DNA of 62,212 bases from the IMG/VR virus record IMGVR_UViG_3300025138_000039, positions 1 through 62,212 of that record; one strand, 5' to 3'. A program made the position numbers and the translations under genes. A model generated the notes under the pieces. The model saw only the letters and a program-made list of their open reading frames with translations, was not told the DNA's origin and did not search any database. Origin of the DNA: a virus (taxonomy: Duplodnaviria > Caudoviricetes). Shown here in pieces: positions 47,401 through 57,655 of this stretch; the first letter of the stretch is position 1; each line of letters begins with the position of its first letter.

Positions 47401-48234
47401 ATGGGAAGAAATTCCAACCGTCTGGGATCAGACAATAAACCAGAGCACTCAGATGCTTCACCAATGAGTCCATTAAATTTTGTGGCTCCAACGGAGGTCG
47501 TTGACCTTCCATCAAAAGGTCAGGGATATCCAGAAGACCATCCTCTAAACGGGATTGACTTTGTTGAGATTAAATTCATGACCGCAAAAGATGAAGACAC
47601 GCTTTCAAACCAATCTCTTATAAGAAAAGGGATCGCACTAGAGAGAGTACTTCAAAACATCATTGTAGACACCGAGATTGACCCTCTAAGTCTTCTTGTG
47701 TGTGATCGCAACGCAATACTCATCAAAGCTCGTGCGACGGCTTACGGGGCGAATTACGACGCCATAGTTAACTGTCCCAAGTGCGCAACCAAGAACATGA
47801 TGACGTTTGATCTGATGTCGCCAAAGATCGAAGGTGGTCTTGACGAAGAAGGAATGAACATTGTTCAGTACTTTGGAAATGGACTATACCAAACAAAGAT
47901 GCCGGGCACAAAGTTCACGGTTAAGTTTAGGCTCGCAAATGGCGAAGACGAAAATAGAATCATGGAAATGGCCATTCAAGGTAAAACAGTTGAATATGGC
48001 GCAGTGGAACAATACAAGAAGATGATCAAGTCAGTTGAGAACTTCATAGAAGAAGAAGTGATCCACTCTTACGTTGACAACATGATCGTATCCGATGCTA
48101 CACATTTTAAGAAATGCTTGAGAAGTTGTACTACAAGCGTCAGAATCGCACAGACTCTTACTTGCAAGAGTTGCTCTAACGAGCAGGAGGTCGACGTTCC
48201 TTTTGGAACGGACTTTTTTTGGCCTAACATCTAA
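47401..48234 (+). CDS. Baseplate hub / tail assembly chaperone (gp26-like)
   Basis: LPSKG..YP, MTAKDEDTL, DRNAILIKARATAYG, CPKC, CKSC, terminal FFWP. Confidence 0.8.
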   Translation: MGRNSNRLGSDNKPEHSDASPMSPLNFVAPTEVVDLPSKGQGYPEDHPLNGIDFVEIKFMTAKDEDTLSNQSLIRKGIALERVLQNIIVDTEIDPLSLLVCDRNAILIKARATAYGANYDAIVNCPKCATKNMMTFDLMSPKIEGGLDEEGMNIVQYFGNGLYQTKMPGTKFTVKFRLANGEDENRIMEMAIQGKTVEYGAVEQYKKMIKSVENFIEEEVIHSYVDNMIVSDATHFKKCLRSCTTSVRIAQTLTCKSCSNEQEVDVPFGTDFFWPNI

Positions 48235-48238
48235 GTTC

Positions 48239-48406
48239 ATGGAAGGAGTCTATGAACAGTTCTTCATTTTGAAACACTTTGGAGGCTGGTCATTGACCGA
48301 AGCATACAATCTTCCAATCGGTTTGAGGAGTTGGTTTGTTGAAAGAATGAAAAAACAGTTCGAAGAAGAAGCCAAGGAAATAAAGAAAGCCCAAAAGAGA
48401 CGGTAA
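48239..48406 (+). CDS. Small tail chaperone (GT-like extension), possibly reached by frameshift
   Basis: FILKHFGGWSLTEAYNLPIGLRSWFVERM; the frame is open back through the T7 run at 48214. Confidence 0.65.
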   Translation: MEGVYEQFFILKHFGGWSLTEAYNLPIGLRSWFVERMKKQFEEEAKEIKKAQKRR

Positions 48407-48428
48407 CGTCCTTTGGGTTTTTGTTTTT
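48386..48428 (+). terminator. Intrinsic terminator
   Basis: AAAGCCCAAA..GACG-GTAA-CGTC.TTTGGGTTT followed by a T-rich tail. Confidence 0.65.
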
Positions 48429-48461
48429 CGAAGCTAATTAGGGAATAACGAGGGACAACAC

Positions 48462-50729
48462 ATGGCGACATACACAAAAGAACAGCTGATGGCGATTATC
48501 AAAGGAATTTCCGATGATAAAGATCTCACCAAAGAAGCCAAAAAAGCATGGGGTTCCAAAGGCGGGGCATCGTCAGGTATCGATACTGAGGCGAGTGAGA
48601 TGGCGCTTGAACTAGAAAAGTCTAGAGCCAAACTTCTAATGCAGTCCGCCAAAGCAATGCAGGACCATACTGCTGCTAGAGAGCAAGAAGCAAAGATGAT
48701 AAATGCTGAGTTGTTATTGTTGGCTCAAAAACAGGGCTTGGAGGAAGTAACCGAGGCCAACCAGAAGTCAGCATTGCATAACCTCAAAGAAGCAATAAAG
48801 GCAGGGGAAGAGATTGGTTCTCTGACTGGTCGGTTCGGTGCTGATTTTGATACTCTAATCGAAAAATATAACGAAGTCTCCTTGGAGCAAGCAAGGATTA
48901 ATGATTTATCAGAAGAACACAAGAGGAGTGTATCAGATCTTGTTGATGGTATGGGCAGCCTTGTTGGCCTTACCGACAAGTTTAGCAACAGCTTTGTAGG
49001 AAAAATGGAAAGCACTTTTAGATTGTTTCAAGACACCTCGGCTGATGGACTTGCTGCATTGGATGATTTTAAAGCTAAATTCAAGACAATGTTTTCACTA
49101 CAAAATATCGCAATGAACATCGGAAGCAAAATCTTCTCCGAATCAATGAAAGTTTTAAACGCATTTGACGCTGGTCTTGCGACATTAGCAGCAAAAACTG
49201 GAACTGTCGGTAAATTTAACGATGTACTCTACGACACACAGAGAGCAGGAAACCTGCTTGGCGTTTCGATGGATGGTGCAGCAAATGCGATCATTGCCTT
49301 AAATGCGGGGACATCTCAATTCGCCAAGCTATCAAAGCAGACTCAGACAGACTTAGCAATTTCCACTTCACAAATGGAAAAACTTGGAGTTAGTGCCTCA
49401 GATACAGCAGAGTTCATGGAGAACGCATTTAAAATAATGGGCATGGGTGCGACTGAAGCAATCGAAACTCAAACAGAACTAGCAATGGCTGGTGTTCAAC
49501 TGGGTATTGGTGCAGATAAGATCGTTAAAGACTTCAACGCAGCATCAAAGACGCTTGCTGTATATGGAAAGGGTTCGATCAAAGTATTCAAAGGCTTGGC
49601 TGCTCAAGCTAAGGCTGCAGGGGTTGAAGTTGGAACTTTGCTCGGGATCGTTCAAAAGTTTGACACATTCTCCGGAGCTGCAGAAGGCGCAGCACACTTC
49701 AACGCACTACTTGGTACTCAATTGTCTACAACTCAAATGTTGATGATGACGGAAGATGAGAGAATGAAGACTCTTGTGCAACAAGTTCAAGCACAAGGTA
49801 TAGCATTTGGAGAAATGGACAGGTTCACTCAAAAATCAATTGCTGCCGCAGCAGGTATCACAGATATGAACGAGGCAAATAGGATCTTTTCAATGAGCCT
49901 TGCTGACTATGAAGCAAATGCTGCCGAGATGGAAAACAACGCTGCAGCACAACAAAAATTTGACGATGCAGTTCAGGGAACCGTCAAGACAATGGATAAG
50001 TTCCAGAATCTCGCAACAGAATTAATCATAATGGTCCAACCTGCCCTAGAGAAACTTGGGGAGATCGCCGATTATCTAACGGACGCATTCCAAAATATGA
50101 GCAAAGAAACAAAAGAAGCTCTTGGGACCGCAGCGTTGGCTATCTCTGGTATCTTGGTGATTGCGCCACTCTTCGCAGTCGGTGGAGGTTTGATGGCTGG
50201 TCTAGCAGCAATTGGCCCAGCCATCGCAGGTATTGGAGCAGGAATTGCTACTGCGACTGCCGCAGTGACTGCTGTTGCTGCAACTGGAATTGGCGCTGGC
50301 GTCTTGGGTGCTCTTGTATTAGCTGGTGGTGGAATCGCAATGACCTTAGCTAGCATGGCGGATAGCAAGGCAAAAATGGCGGAATCAAATGCGAAAATGG
50401 TCAGTGAAGGCTCCGATACAATCAAAGCAATGGCTGATATTGGAAATGCGGACTTCTCAGGAATCGCAACGAAGTTTAGAGGAGCTATGCAGGAACTGAC
50501 CAAAATGGGTTCGGACGTAAAAGTTACGTCAACATTGCAAAACCTTGCACTGATTGGTTCCAATACTGCTTTCGACATGACTGGTGCGAAAATTGCGGCA
50601 TCAAGCACGAACGTAACGGCAAATGTGTCCAACGTATTCGATGGAATGAAATTGACTTTGGAAGCCGGTGGGCAACAGTTCGAGGCCTATATTAAAGATG
50701 TTGCTGCAAACACATCGATGTCAGTTTAA
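48462..50729 (+). CDS. Tape measure protein
   Basis: Ala/Gly/Met-rich helical protein with a late hydrophobic segment; follows the chaperones. Confidence 0.85.
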   Translation: MATYTKEQLMAIIKGISDDKDLTKEAKKAWGSKGGASSGIDTEASEMALELEKSRAKLLMQSAKAMQDHTAAREQEAKMINAELLLLAQKQGLEEVTEANQKSALHNLKEAIKAGEEIGSLTGRFGADFDTLIEKYNEVSLEQARINDLSEEHKRSVSDLVDGMGSLVGLTDKFSNSFVGKMESTFRLFQDTSADGLAALDDFKAKFKTMFSLQNIAMNIGSKIFSESMKVLNAFDAGLATLAAKTGTVGKFNDVLYDTQRAGNLLGVSMDGAANAIIALNAGTSQFAKLSKQTQTDLAISTSQMEKLGVSASDTAEFMENAFKIMGMGATEAIETQTELAMAGVQLGIGADKIVKDFNAASKTLAVYGKGSIKVFKGLAAQAKAAGVEVGTLLGIVQKFDTFSGAAEGAAHFNALLGTQLSTTQMLMMTEDERMKTLVQQVQAQGIAFGEMDRFTQKSIAAAAGITDMNEANRIFSMSLADYEANAAEMENNAAAQQKFDDAVQGTVKTMDKFQNLATELIIMVQPALEKLGEIADYLTDAFQNMSKETKEALGTAALAISGILVIAPLFAVGGGLMAGLAAIGPAIAGIGAGIATATAAVTAVAATGIGAGVLGALVLAGGGIAMTLASMADSKAKMAESNAKMVSEGSDTIKAMADIGNADFSGIATKFRGAMQELTKMGSDVKVTSTLQNLALIGSNTAFDMTGAKIAASSTNVTANVSNVFDGMKLTLEAGGQQFEAYIKDVAANTSMSV

Positions 50730-50739
50730 GGAGAATTAA

Positions 50740-51375
50740 ATGACGAGTTATATTGATAATTATGCGACGAAATCAGGCGCAATGATTGAAATCTCAGGGG
50801 TGATCCCAGGCGCGAGTGTTGATTTTTACGCATTCATCACATCCTTCAACGACAGTTTGTCTTCGAACTGGACGGAAGAGCAAGTCTATGGACGCCAAGA
50901 TCCAATTGGAACATTCCAAAATACCTCAAGGAAGATATCTTTGAGTTTTGATTTGCCTGCGGTGGATATCGCAGAGGCCAAAAAGAATTTGACCAAAGTA
51001 AACAAAGTAAAGCAGTTCATGTATCCTGCTTATCACACAAGTATCGCACCACCGTCAGGGTCTACGACGACTATCACTAGAAATGCTCTGTCTCTTGCGA
51101 AGTCACCTTTGGTTCGATTAAAGTTCGCAAACTTAATTCAAAATGGTTCCGAAAAAGGACTATTAGGTTGGATCGGTTCATTCAGTGCGACACCAGTCAT
51201 AGACATGGGAATGTTTAATGAAGGGGAGGAAAGAGAAGGAAAGTTTTTCCCGAAAGTATATAACGTATCTCTGGACTTCACACCGCAACACGAATATGAC
51301 TTAGGATGGAATTCAACTGGTGGAGAGCCTGTAACTTCTACATTCACTAAGTTCCCATATGATGGAGGATCTTAA
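50740..51375 (+). CDS. Baseplate tube-initiator-like protein
   Basis: AFITSFNDS.S.NW....YGRQDP...FQNT.RKISLSF, P.VRLKFANL. Confidence 0.7.
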   Translation: MTSYIDNYATKSGAMIEISGVIPGASVDFYAFITSFNDSLSSNWTEEQVYGRQDPIGTFQNTSRKISLSFDLPAVDIAEAKKNLTKVNKVKQFMYPAYHTSIAPPSGSTTTITRNALSLAKSPLVRLKFANLIQNGSEKGLLGWIGSFSATPVIDMGMFNEGEEREGKFFPKVYNVSLDFTPQHEYDLGWNSTGGEPVTSTFTKFPYDGGS

Positions 51376-51377
51376 TT

Positions 51378-51710
51378 ATGTCAAGACTTAACTCAAGAAG
51401 AATAGCTAAAAACAGAAATGAAATGTATGAAAAAATCTTTGAAGATCGAGGAGTGAAAGAAATAGAGCAATTCGCAACGCCTGTTTTGTCAAACCCTTCG
51501 CAAGAAGATATTGATAGAATCCCGACGATTACTCACTATTGGTCTAATGGCGAGAAGTTCTGGTATTTAGCTTCGAAGTACATGGGGGACCAATCTCTAT
51601 GGTGGATTATTGCAAAATTGAATAATACTCCAACGGAAGCTCACCTCACAGAAGGAGACGAGATTAAGATTCCCACGAATGTTGCGGTTGCACTTGAGGT
51701 GTTAGGATGA
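51378..51710 (+). CDS. LysM-like baseplate wedge protein (gp53/tail-X-like)
   Basis: GEKFWYLASKYMGDQSLWWIIAKLN...GDEIKIP. Confidence 0.8.
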   Translation: MSRLNSRRIAKNRNEMYEKIFEDRGVKEIEQFATPVLSNPSQEDIDRIPTITHYWSNGEKFWYLASKYMGDQSLWWIIAKLNNTPTEAHLTEGDEIKIPTNVAVALEVLG

Positions 51711-54700
51711 GCCCAAATCTAAGAACGAGAACAGAAGGACTCTTAATGGGAAAATTTTCCCCGCAGAAAATATCTGCTGGACCATCCAACTTGATCAATG
51801 TGGACATAAAGAACATGCTATTGAATCCGTTTTTTATCGACGATTACATGACCTCGGATCTAGAAACGGCGATTGATGATTATTTAGCCGGCAGAGCAAT
51901 CACAATCTTTGGGCCAAATTTTGAAAATGAAGAAGACTACAAATATGCTGTTTCCCACTGGTTGGTCTTGTCTGATGGGTTAGATGTGAACAATCCGGTC
52001 AATAGAGGATTCTTTGAACTCCTTTTGCTCTCCGTCTACTCAGACAAGAAGATAAACTACATTACTTATGATACCGACAACAACATCATCTTAAAAAAAA
52101 TCGACCCGGTCAAGACCGAAATCGCAGAAAACAAAATAAATGACTCAATAACAAAAGCTATGAAAAATGGAACAGTAGGAGAATTGTTTAAAGAAACATT
52201 CTTGGGAACGCTCATAGACAGAGGGTACACCTACGATGATTTCAAGTTAAAATTGTCTGAAAAACTATCCGATAAACTTATCTCGTCTAGAGAGACTGGG
52301 TTTCAAGTGCAGACTAGTTTGTCTCCTGAATTTCTAGGAGAAACCAAGGACACCACAGCAGTAGATAAAATTCAACAAGTTGCTAGTGCGTCGGTCTCGG
52401 TGCTCCCTACAGTTACGGGCGCATTCAAATTATTTGAAATAATTGGAGATGGCGAAGGTCCACTATCTATAATTATAGATGGAGATAAGGCTTATTTGAG
52501 CAAAGAATATAAAACGGTTAATGTGACTCACGCCACAACCATACCTGTTGATAAATTGGAAACATTCAAAAAATTGACAAAATGGAACACAAAGGCCACA
52601 ATACTTGGAAAGACAACTCCCCCCGAAGACCAAGACCCAGATACAGCGATATATTATACTGATGATCAGATCGACATCTTAGCTAAAGCGTTGAGGGGGA
52701 AGGATATTACCAAAAACCCTTTTAACTTCTACAGTGGTGAGTTTTATGACTCATGGGGAATTATTTTCGATAGTGATTATTGGACAGCATTTGGAGAACA
52801 ATTGGGAGAAAATAGGTCCAAGTTCATCGACAAGGCCACAGGGCTCATAAAACTCTCTAATCCAGATCCCGAAGGAGACTATGATGTTTTACAAACGCCA
52901 TTTTGGACCGGTAAACTTTTAAAAGAGTTCGAGGCGGAAGATGATACACCTGTAGAGTTTCCGCAGATCAACACAAGTACTTTGGTCGGAGGTACGGCCG
53001 CAATCATGACCAAGTACGGTGTAACCAAAATAAATGCTTGGAGAATGCTAACGGTCTTAAACAAGCAATATCCACTTGGGGGATCATCTAAGTGGAAGAC
53101 GGGAAATATAAGTGTAAACGCGTTCAAACAGTTAACCAAGATGGGTAAGGTAGGAAAAAACACTCAGAGATTAGTGAGAGCAACTAAGGTCATAAGATTC
53201 ATAGTGAGCCTAAAGGGTGTCCTTCTCGCATTCAACCTTGCTATGCTGGCTGGTTTCGGCCAGTCTCTTTATGAGGCAGCATCGGAACGGTCACAGTCAG
53301 ATAGATTAGAAAGACTGGTTTTAAATAAATATCAAAACTTCCTGGGGAATGCCATACATGCGCTTGCGAATGGTAAATCTGTAGGTGCCTCGTTTAGAGC
53401 CACAGTAGCCGATGATGAATTTTTAAAAAAAACACTATCCATCTTCGCTATAGATAAGGATGTTGAAAGAAGATTAAGGTTGTGGAATAGGTTTTCTTTT
53501 GAATTAAGTAGAGATGAGAACTTTCTTGATGATAGCAATGTTGGTGCAGCCAAAGCCGCTGCTGATGATGCGATTGGAAAGGCTTTCGCCAATATACCTT
53601 TACCCGACATAACCACGCTCACAGATGAACAGATCCAAGACCGGCAAAAATTTTACAAACAATGCGCTTTAATGATGAACATGTCAAAGCTCGCAATACC
53701 TTATGAGGAACACATAATAGATCGCCAAGCATCAGAAAATCCTGATGGGCCGAACCCAGAAAAACCATTCGGTGGTAGATTTTGGAGAGCGACTTCAGAA
53801 AACAAAGAGCAGTTGATTAATAATATTTTTTCTTCAGAAAAATCCCAATACCTATTTGAAGCCCCTCCTCATATTATGACTCAACTTGTACCAAAATTTA
53901 GACTATATAAGGTACTAAATGATCCAGCCGGGAAGTTGCAAAGAACTGAGTTTATATTCCCGATGCATACCGACTTGTCAAGAAGTAAAAACTTTACAAA
54001 CCCTCAAGCAGGAAGAAGTGGAACGGTAGTGGAGGGAAAAGTCCAATCTTTCTTGGAAGCTGAGTTTGACAAGGGAGATGGTGTTGGCCTTAAGAGTTTC
54101 ACTTTAGAATTCAATGGAACAAATCCAGCAGAAGCTAGAAATGATGTTAAAGGTACCATGACCTTGTTTTTTCAGAGCTTCGCGGATTTCATTAGAGAGA
54201 GAAAGTCTTACAATGGAGATACCTTTAGTTTTGTAGACTTGATTGTTCAACCAGAACCAGACGATGATGAACGCGTACAAGGAGTACCCGTCACCAGCTT
54301 GAGACAGTATGACCCATCTTTTTACAGAATTATGGTGGAGACTGGATATAATGTTCCGGATAGTCTCGAAGGGATTGGAAGCGACTTACCTAACATCCGA
54401 TCAGCAATCAAGAATATGAATAAGTCATTCTACTTATGTATGATAGATCACAGCTTTAATATTAAAAATGATGGGACTGTCGAAGTTAGTCTAACATATA
54501 GAGCGTATGTTGAAACTGCTCTTAAGAGTCTGAGATATGATGCCTTGGCGACGCCGGAAGTGATACATCAGAGACTAGTCAACGAAACGAAACTAAATGA
54601 ATTGGCTATCTCGAAAAAATGCACCATTGATCAATTGACTGATGCTAAAAAGACAATCGCTGCTATTGAAGAGGTCCTGTTGAAGCAATCACTAAGTTCT

Positions 54701-56416
54701 ATCATGAAAAGGTTGCAAAAAAATAATAAGATATTTAACTGTGTTATAGACGACAATCATCGGAGACAGTTTCTGGACAATGGATACTTCCGAGAGTGCG
54801 ATATTTTAGGCACCGTTGCACTAGACAAAGACAAAGCCAATGCGAACTCTGGAGATTTAGGTATTGTACTTAACACGAGACTACCAGAGAACAGCAATGG
54901 GTTTGACTTTAACGACGCAGACAAGAATGACACTCTTGTTCAGTATTTTTTCTTTGGAGACTTGCTTTATACGGTCTTAGATTCTCTATACCTAGAGAGA
55001 GACAATGGTAAGGCAAGAGGTTTGGCAAACACGATGATTATCTTGGGATCTTTTGAATTTCAATTATTCCAAGAAACGCAGACTAATTCATTTAATATCT
55101 CTCATATACCAATTTCTGTTGAATTTTTCTCTAGATGGTTTGTCGACAACGTTCTAAGTCAAAAATCCACACGAAGGTCTTTTCCAATCTTGAACTTTAT
55201 CAGATCTCTTTCAAACGCATTGGTATCAAATGCGATGCTAGAGGCATGTGTTAATCGCGATATCGAAAAAAGATTGATTTTTCAAACCGGACAATTTTCT
55301 TCATACTCAGACACCAAAGAAGACAAGATCGGTAGCCTAATTGGAGTGTCTAGAGCCAACGCTATCTTAGACACTGACGACAACAGGTTGCCTTCAAATA
55401 TTGAGGGTGAAAATACAGTGCAGCCTGCGGGATTGCCTTTAGAGGGCAGCCCAGCTGGTGATTCAAAGATTGAAAACTTCTTTCACTATATCATATTGAA
55501 CCCAAATGGATCAACAAGAAGCCACAAGGGAGTCGGGGATTATGCACTAGACATTGGTAGTGGGATATTTCATATTGAGATTGGATCAAACAGGGGACTG
55601 GTAAAGACAGTTCAATTTTCAAAAACAGATTTACAATATGTTCGCGAAGCTAGATTTATGCGCAATGGTGTTGACGGTTTATTACAATTATCTTCAGTTT
55701 ATAGCGTGTCCATTGAGATGTTTGGAAATACACTATTCTATCCGGGAATGGATCTATGGTTAAATCCATATGGTTTTGGAGGGACTGCACTGGGACACCC
55801 TAGAACCGGCGGGCTTGAGAAAAAAAGGTCTCTTGCTAACGTTCTAGGTATAGGTGGGTATCACACAATCACCGGCGTATCCACAACACTTACTCCTAGT
55901 TCATTTACAACAAGCGTTAAGGCTCAACATTATTATTCTGGAGATAAAGAGAACAACTCTGTTGCTCCGTCCAATTCTGTGCCGGAAAGCAGTGATGAAT
56001 TGCTCATTGAAACATTTGGTATCGATGCTGCCGCGAACAAAAACGCCGCAGATGCTAGATTCTGTGAGAAAGCAATTGTTGATTTACAAGAAGTTATGGG
56101 CGGTGCACCATTTGTTCAGGTCATTCCACAAGAAGAAATAGAAGCACAAACATCTACACCAGCACCAAGTGCACAAACTGCTGCGGCTACGTCAAGCAGC
56201 GTTGTAAGTCTAACTACTGATCAACAAGCGAACCTTCAAGGTTCTGCTGTAGATGGAGATACGAGAGTTGTTACAAGTCGTTCTAACACATTTACAAATA
56301 TCGGTGGAAAAAACATCCCTCTAGAGATAGTCGCTTATAATAACGGGGAGATAGAATATGTATACAAAAATACTGATGGTTCCGAAGTAAGAGCTACAGA
56401 ATATCCAACGGCGTAA
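51707..56416 (+). CDS. Large baseplate hub protein (gp27/VgrG-like C-terminal region)
   Basis: VGLKSFTLEF; C-terminal SVSIEMFGNTLFYPG...GGYHTITGVSTTL...FTTSVKA; follows the LysM gene. Confidence 0.6.
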   Translation: MSPNLRTRTEGLLMGKFSPQKISAGPSNLINVDIKNMLLNPFFIDDYMTSDLETAIDDYLAGRAITIFGPNFENEEDYKYAVSHWLVLSDGLDVNNPVNRGFFELLLLSVYSDKKINYITYDTDNNIILKKIDPVKTEIAENKINDSITKAMKNGTVGELFKETFLGTLIDRGYTYDDFKLKLSEKLSDKLISSRETGFQVQTSLSPEFLGETKDTTAVDKIQQVASASVSVLPTVTGAFKLFEIIGDGEGPLSIIIDGDKAYLSKEYKTVNVTHATTIPVDKLETFKKLTKWNTKATILGKTTPPEDQDPDTAIYYTDDQIDILAKALRGKDITKNPFNFYSGEFYDSWGIIFDSDYWTAFGEQLGENRSKFIDKATGLIKLSNPDPEGDYDVLQTPFWTGKLLKEFEAEDDTPVEFPQINTSTLVGGTAAIMTKYGVTKINAWRMLTVLNKQYPLGGSSKWKTGNISVNAFKQLTKMGKVGKNTQRLVRATKVIRFIVSLKGVLLAFNLAMLAGFGQSLYEAASERSQSDRLERLVLNKYQNFLGNAIHALANGKSVGASFRATVADDEFLKKTLSIFAIDKDVERRLRLWNRFSFELSRDENFLDDSNVGAAKAAADDAIGKAFANIPLPDITTLTDEQIQDRQKFYKQCALMMNMSKLAIPYEEHIIDRQASENPDGPNPEKPFGGRFWRATSENKEQLINNIFSSEKSQYLFEAPPHIMTQLVPKFRLYKVLNDPAGKLQRTEFIFPMHTDLSRSKNFTNPQAGRSGTVVEGKVQSFLEAEFDKGDGVGLKSFTLEFNGTNPAEARNDVKGTMTLFFQSFADFIRERKSYNGDTFSFVDLIVQPEPDDDERVQGVPVTSLRQYDPSFYRIMVETGYNVPDSLEGIGSDLPNIRSAIKNMNKSFYLCMIDHSFNIKNDGTVEVSLTYRAYVETALKSLRYDALATPEVIHQRLVNETKLNELAISKKCTIDQLTDAKKTIAAIEEVLLKQSLSSIMKRLQKNNKIFNCVIDDNHRRQFLDNGYFRECDILGTVALDKDKANANSGDLGIVLNTRLPENSNGFDFNDADKNDTLVQYFFFGDLLYTVLDSLYLERDNGKARGLANTMIILGSFEFQLFQETQTNSFNISHIPISVEFFSRWFVDNVLSQKSTRRSFPILNFIRSLSNALVSNAMLEACVNRDIEKRLIFQTGQFSSYSDTKEDKIGSLIGVSRANAILDTDDNRLPSNIEGENTVQPAGLPLEGSPAGDSKIENFFHYIILNPNGSTRSHKGVGDYALDIGSGIFHIEIGSNRGLVKTVQFSKTDLQYVREARFMRNGVDGLLQLSSVYSVSIEMFGNTLFYPGMDLWLNPYGFGGTALGHPRTGGLEKKRSLANVLGIGGYHTITGVSTTLTPSSFTTSVKAQHYYSGDKENNSVAPSNSVPESSDELLIETFGIDAAANKNAADARFCEKAIVDLQEVMGGAPFVQVIPQEEIEAQTSTPAPSAQTAAATSSSVVSLTTDQQANLQGSAVDGDTRVVTSRSNTFTNIGGKNIPLEIVAYNNGEIEYVYKNTDGSEVRATEYPTA

Positions 56417-56426
56417 TACTTATATC

Positions 56427-57578
56427 ATGAGCAACTTTAAAGGAAACAATAATTCGAAAGCACTCAAAACAGCTTTTGACAGAGCAAATTACAAACTCAA
56501 TGCATTCTCCCCAAGTGAGATTCAAGTTGTGGATTTTAATTTTGCCGAGAAGTCATTCTATGGAAGAGTCAATAGGCAACTTGATCCAGTCATCGCGAAC
56601 GAGTCTTTCTTAAGAACCTTTCACAATCAAGACTTTCAAATCATGAACTTTGTTGGTGATCAATTCAAAGAGATGTATATACGCTATGAGAACGCTTTAA
56701 ACCTAAGTCTAATAAACAATGAAGATCCTAACCTATCAAAATTGACTGTTATTCGTGGTTGGGAAAGCCCGATAAAAGGATATTCCGATTTCATGGCCTC
56801 ATTCATGGATGATTTTCTCGTGAAAAAAATGATCCCTATTGATAGGAAGATCGATTCATTCGAAACTTTCTTGAAATTTTTCGAAGCACATGTTCTCACT
56901 GAAGATATTGGTTCAAAGATAACCCTCTCAGGCTTCATGAAGTCCAAACAAAGCTCCGCCTTCAACACAGGTCTAGCTTTACAGTTAGCTCCTGTTGGTT
57001 TCGCAAATGATGCTAATAAAGAAAGTGCGATTCTAAACTCACCGAACTATGCATTCTTTATGAATATGGCCAAACAGTTTGGATTTTCCGTCAATCTCCA
57101 AAATCCCAGCGTGCTGGTGTCTGACTTAGCTCATCCAACTACAACAAAGTTTCGAGAAAGATATACATTGTTAACTGTTGCTTCAGTATTCGAAAAGCAA
57201 TACTATAAAACAAACAATTTTGACTTTGACTTATTATCACAATACCTACTTGATACTTACAATTCATTTGTTTATCTAAGACCGAATTTAAAGGAAGTAT
57301 ATGTATGTAATAATAAAACTAAATCTAATATATCTAAAAGAAACAATATTAATAGTATAGATTATATTATATTATTATTATTATATATTAAAATAAGAAA
57401 TATGGAAGAACTTTTTCCGTTTTCTGATTCCGAAATGAGATCTATCCACAACACCTCCATAAGATTGTTTGCGATAACACCAGAACAAGCAATGCAATTC
57501 ATTGAATCTCAATTCAGAGACAGGTACAACACCAAGGAAGGGTCGCTGACCTATTACAAAAAAAAGTTTCACAAATAA
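56427..57578 (+). CDS. Hypothetical protein
   Basis: 383-aa ORF with no recognised motif; AATACTTA late-like motif immediately upstream. Confidence 0.65.
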   Translation: MSNFKGNNNSKALKTAFDRANYKLNAFSPSEIQVVDFNFAEKSFYGRVNRQLDPVIANESFLRTFHNQDFQIMNFVGDQFKEMYIRYENALNLSLINNEDPNLSKLTVIRGWESPIKGYSDFMASFMDDFLVKKMIPIDRKIDSFETFLKFFEAHVLTEDIGSKITLSGFMKSKQSSAFNTGLALQLAPVGFANDANKESAILNSPNYAFFMNMAKQFGFSVNLQNPSVLVSDLAHPTTTKFRERYTLLTVASVFEKQYYKTNNFDFDLLSQYLLDTYNSFVYLRPNLKEVYVCNNKTKSNISKRNNINSIDYIILLLLYIKIRNMEELFPFSDSEMRSIHNTSIRLFAITPEQAMQFIESQFRDRYNTKEGSLTYYKKKFHK

Positions 57579-57579
57579 C

Positions 57580-57608
57580 TTGACAAGCCTGTTGAGATAT
57601 GTTATTCT
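57580..57608 (+). promoter_or_regulatory. sigma70-type promoter TTGACA-N17-TATTCT
   Basis: Perfect -35, TG-extended -10; upstream of polA. Confidence 0.75.
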
Positions 57609-57655
57609 ATTAGTACCGTCACACTTATTATAACACATTTCGGAGGACCCTGCAG

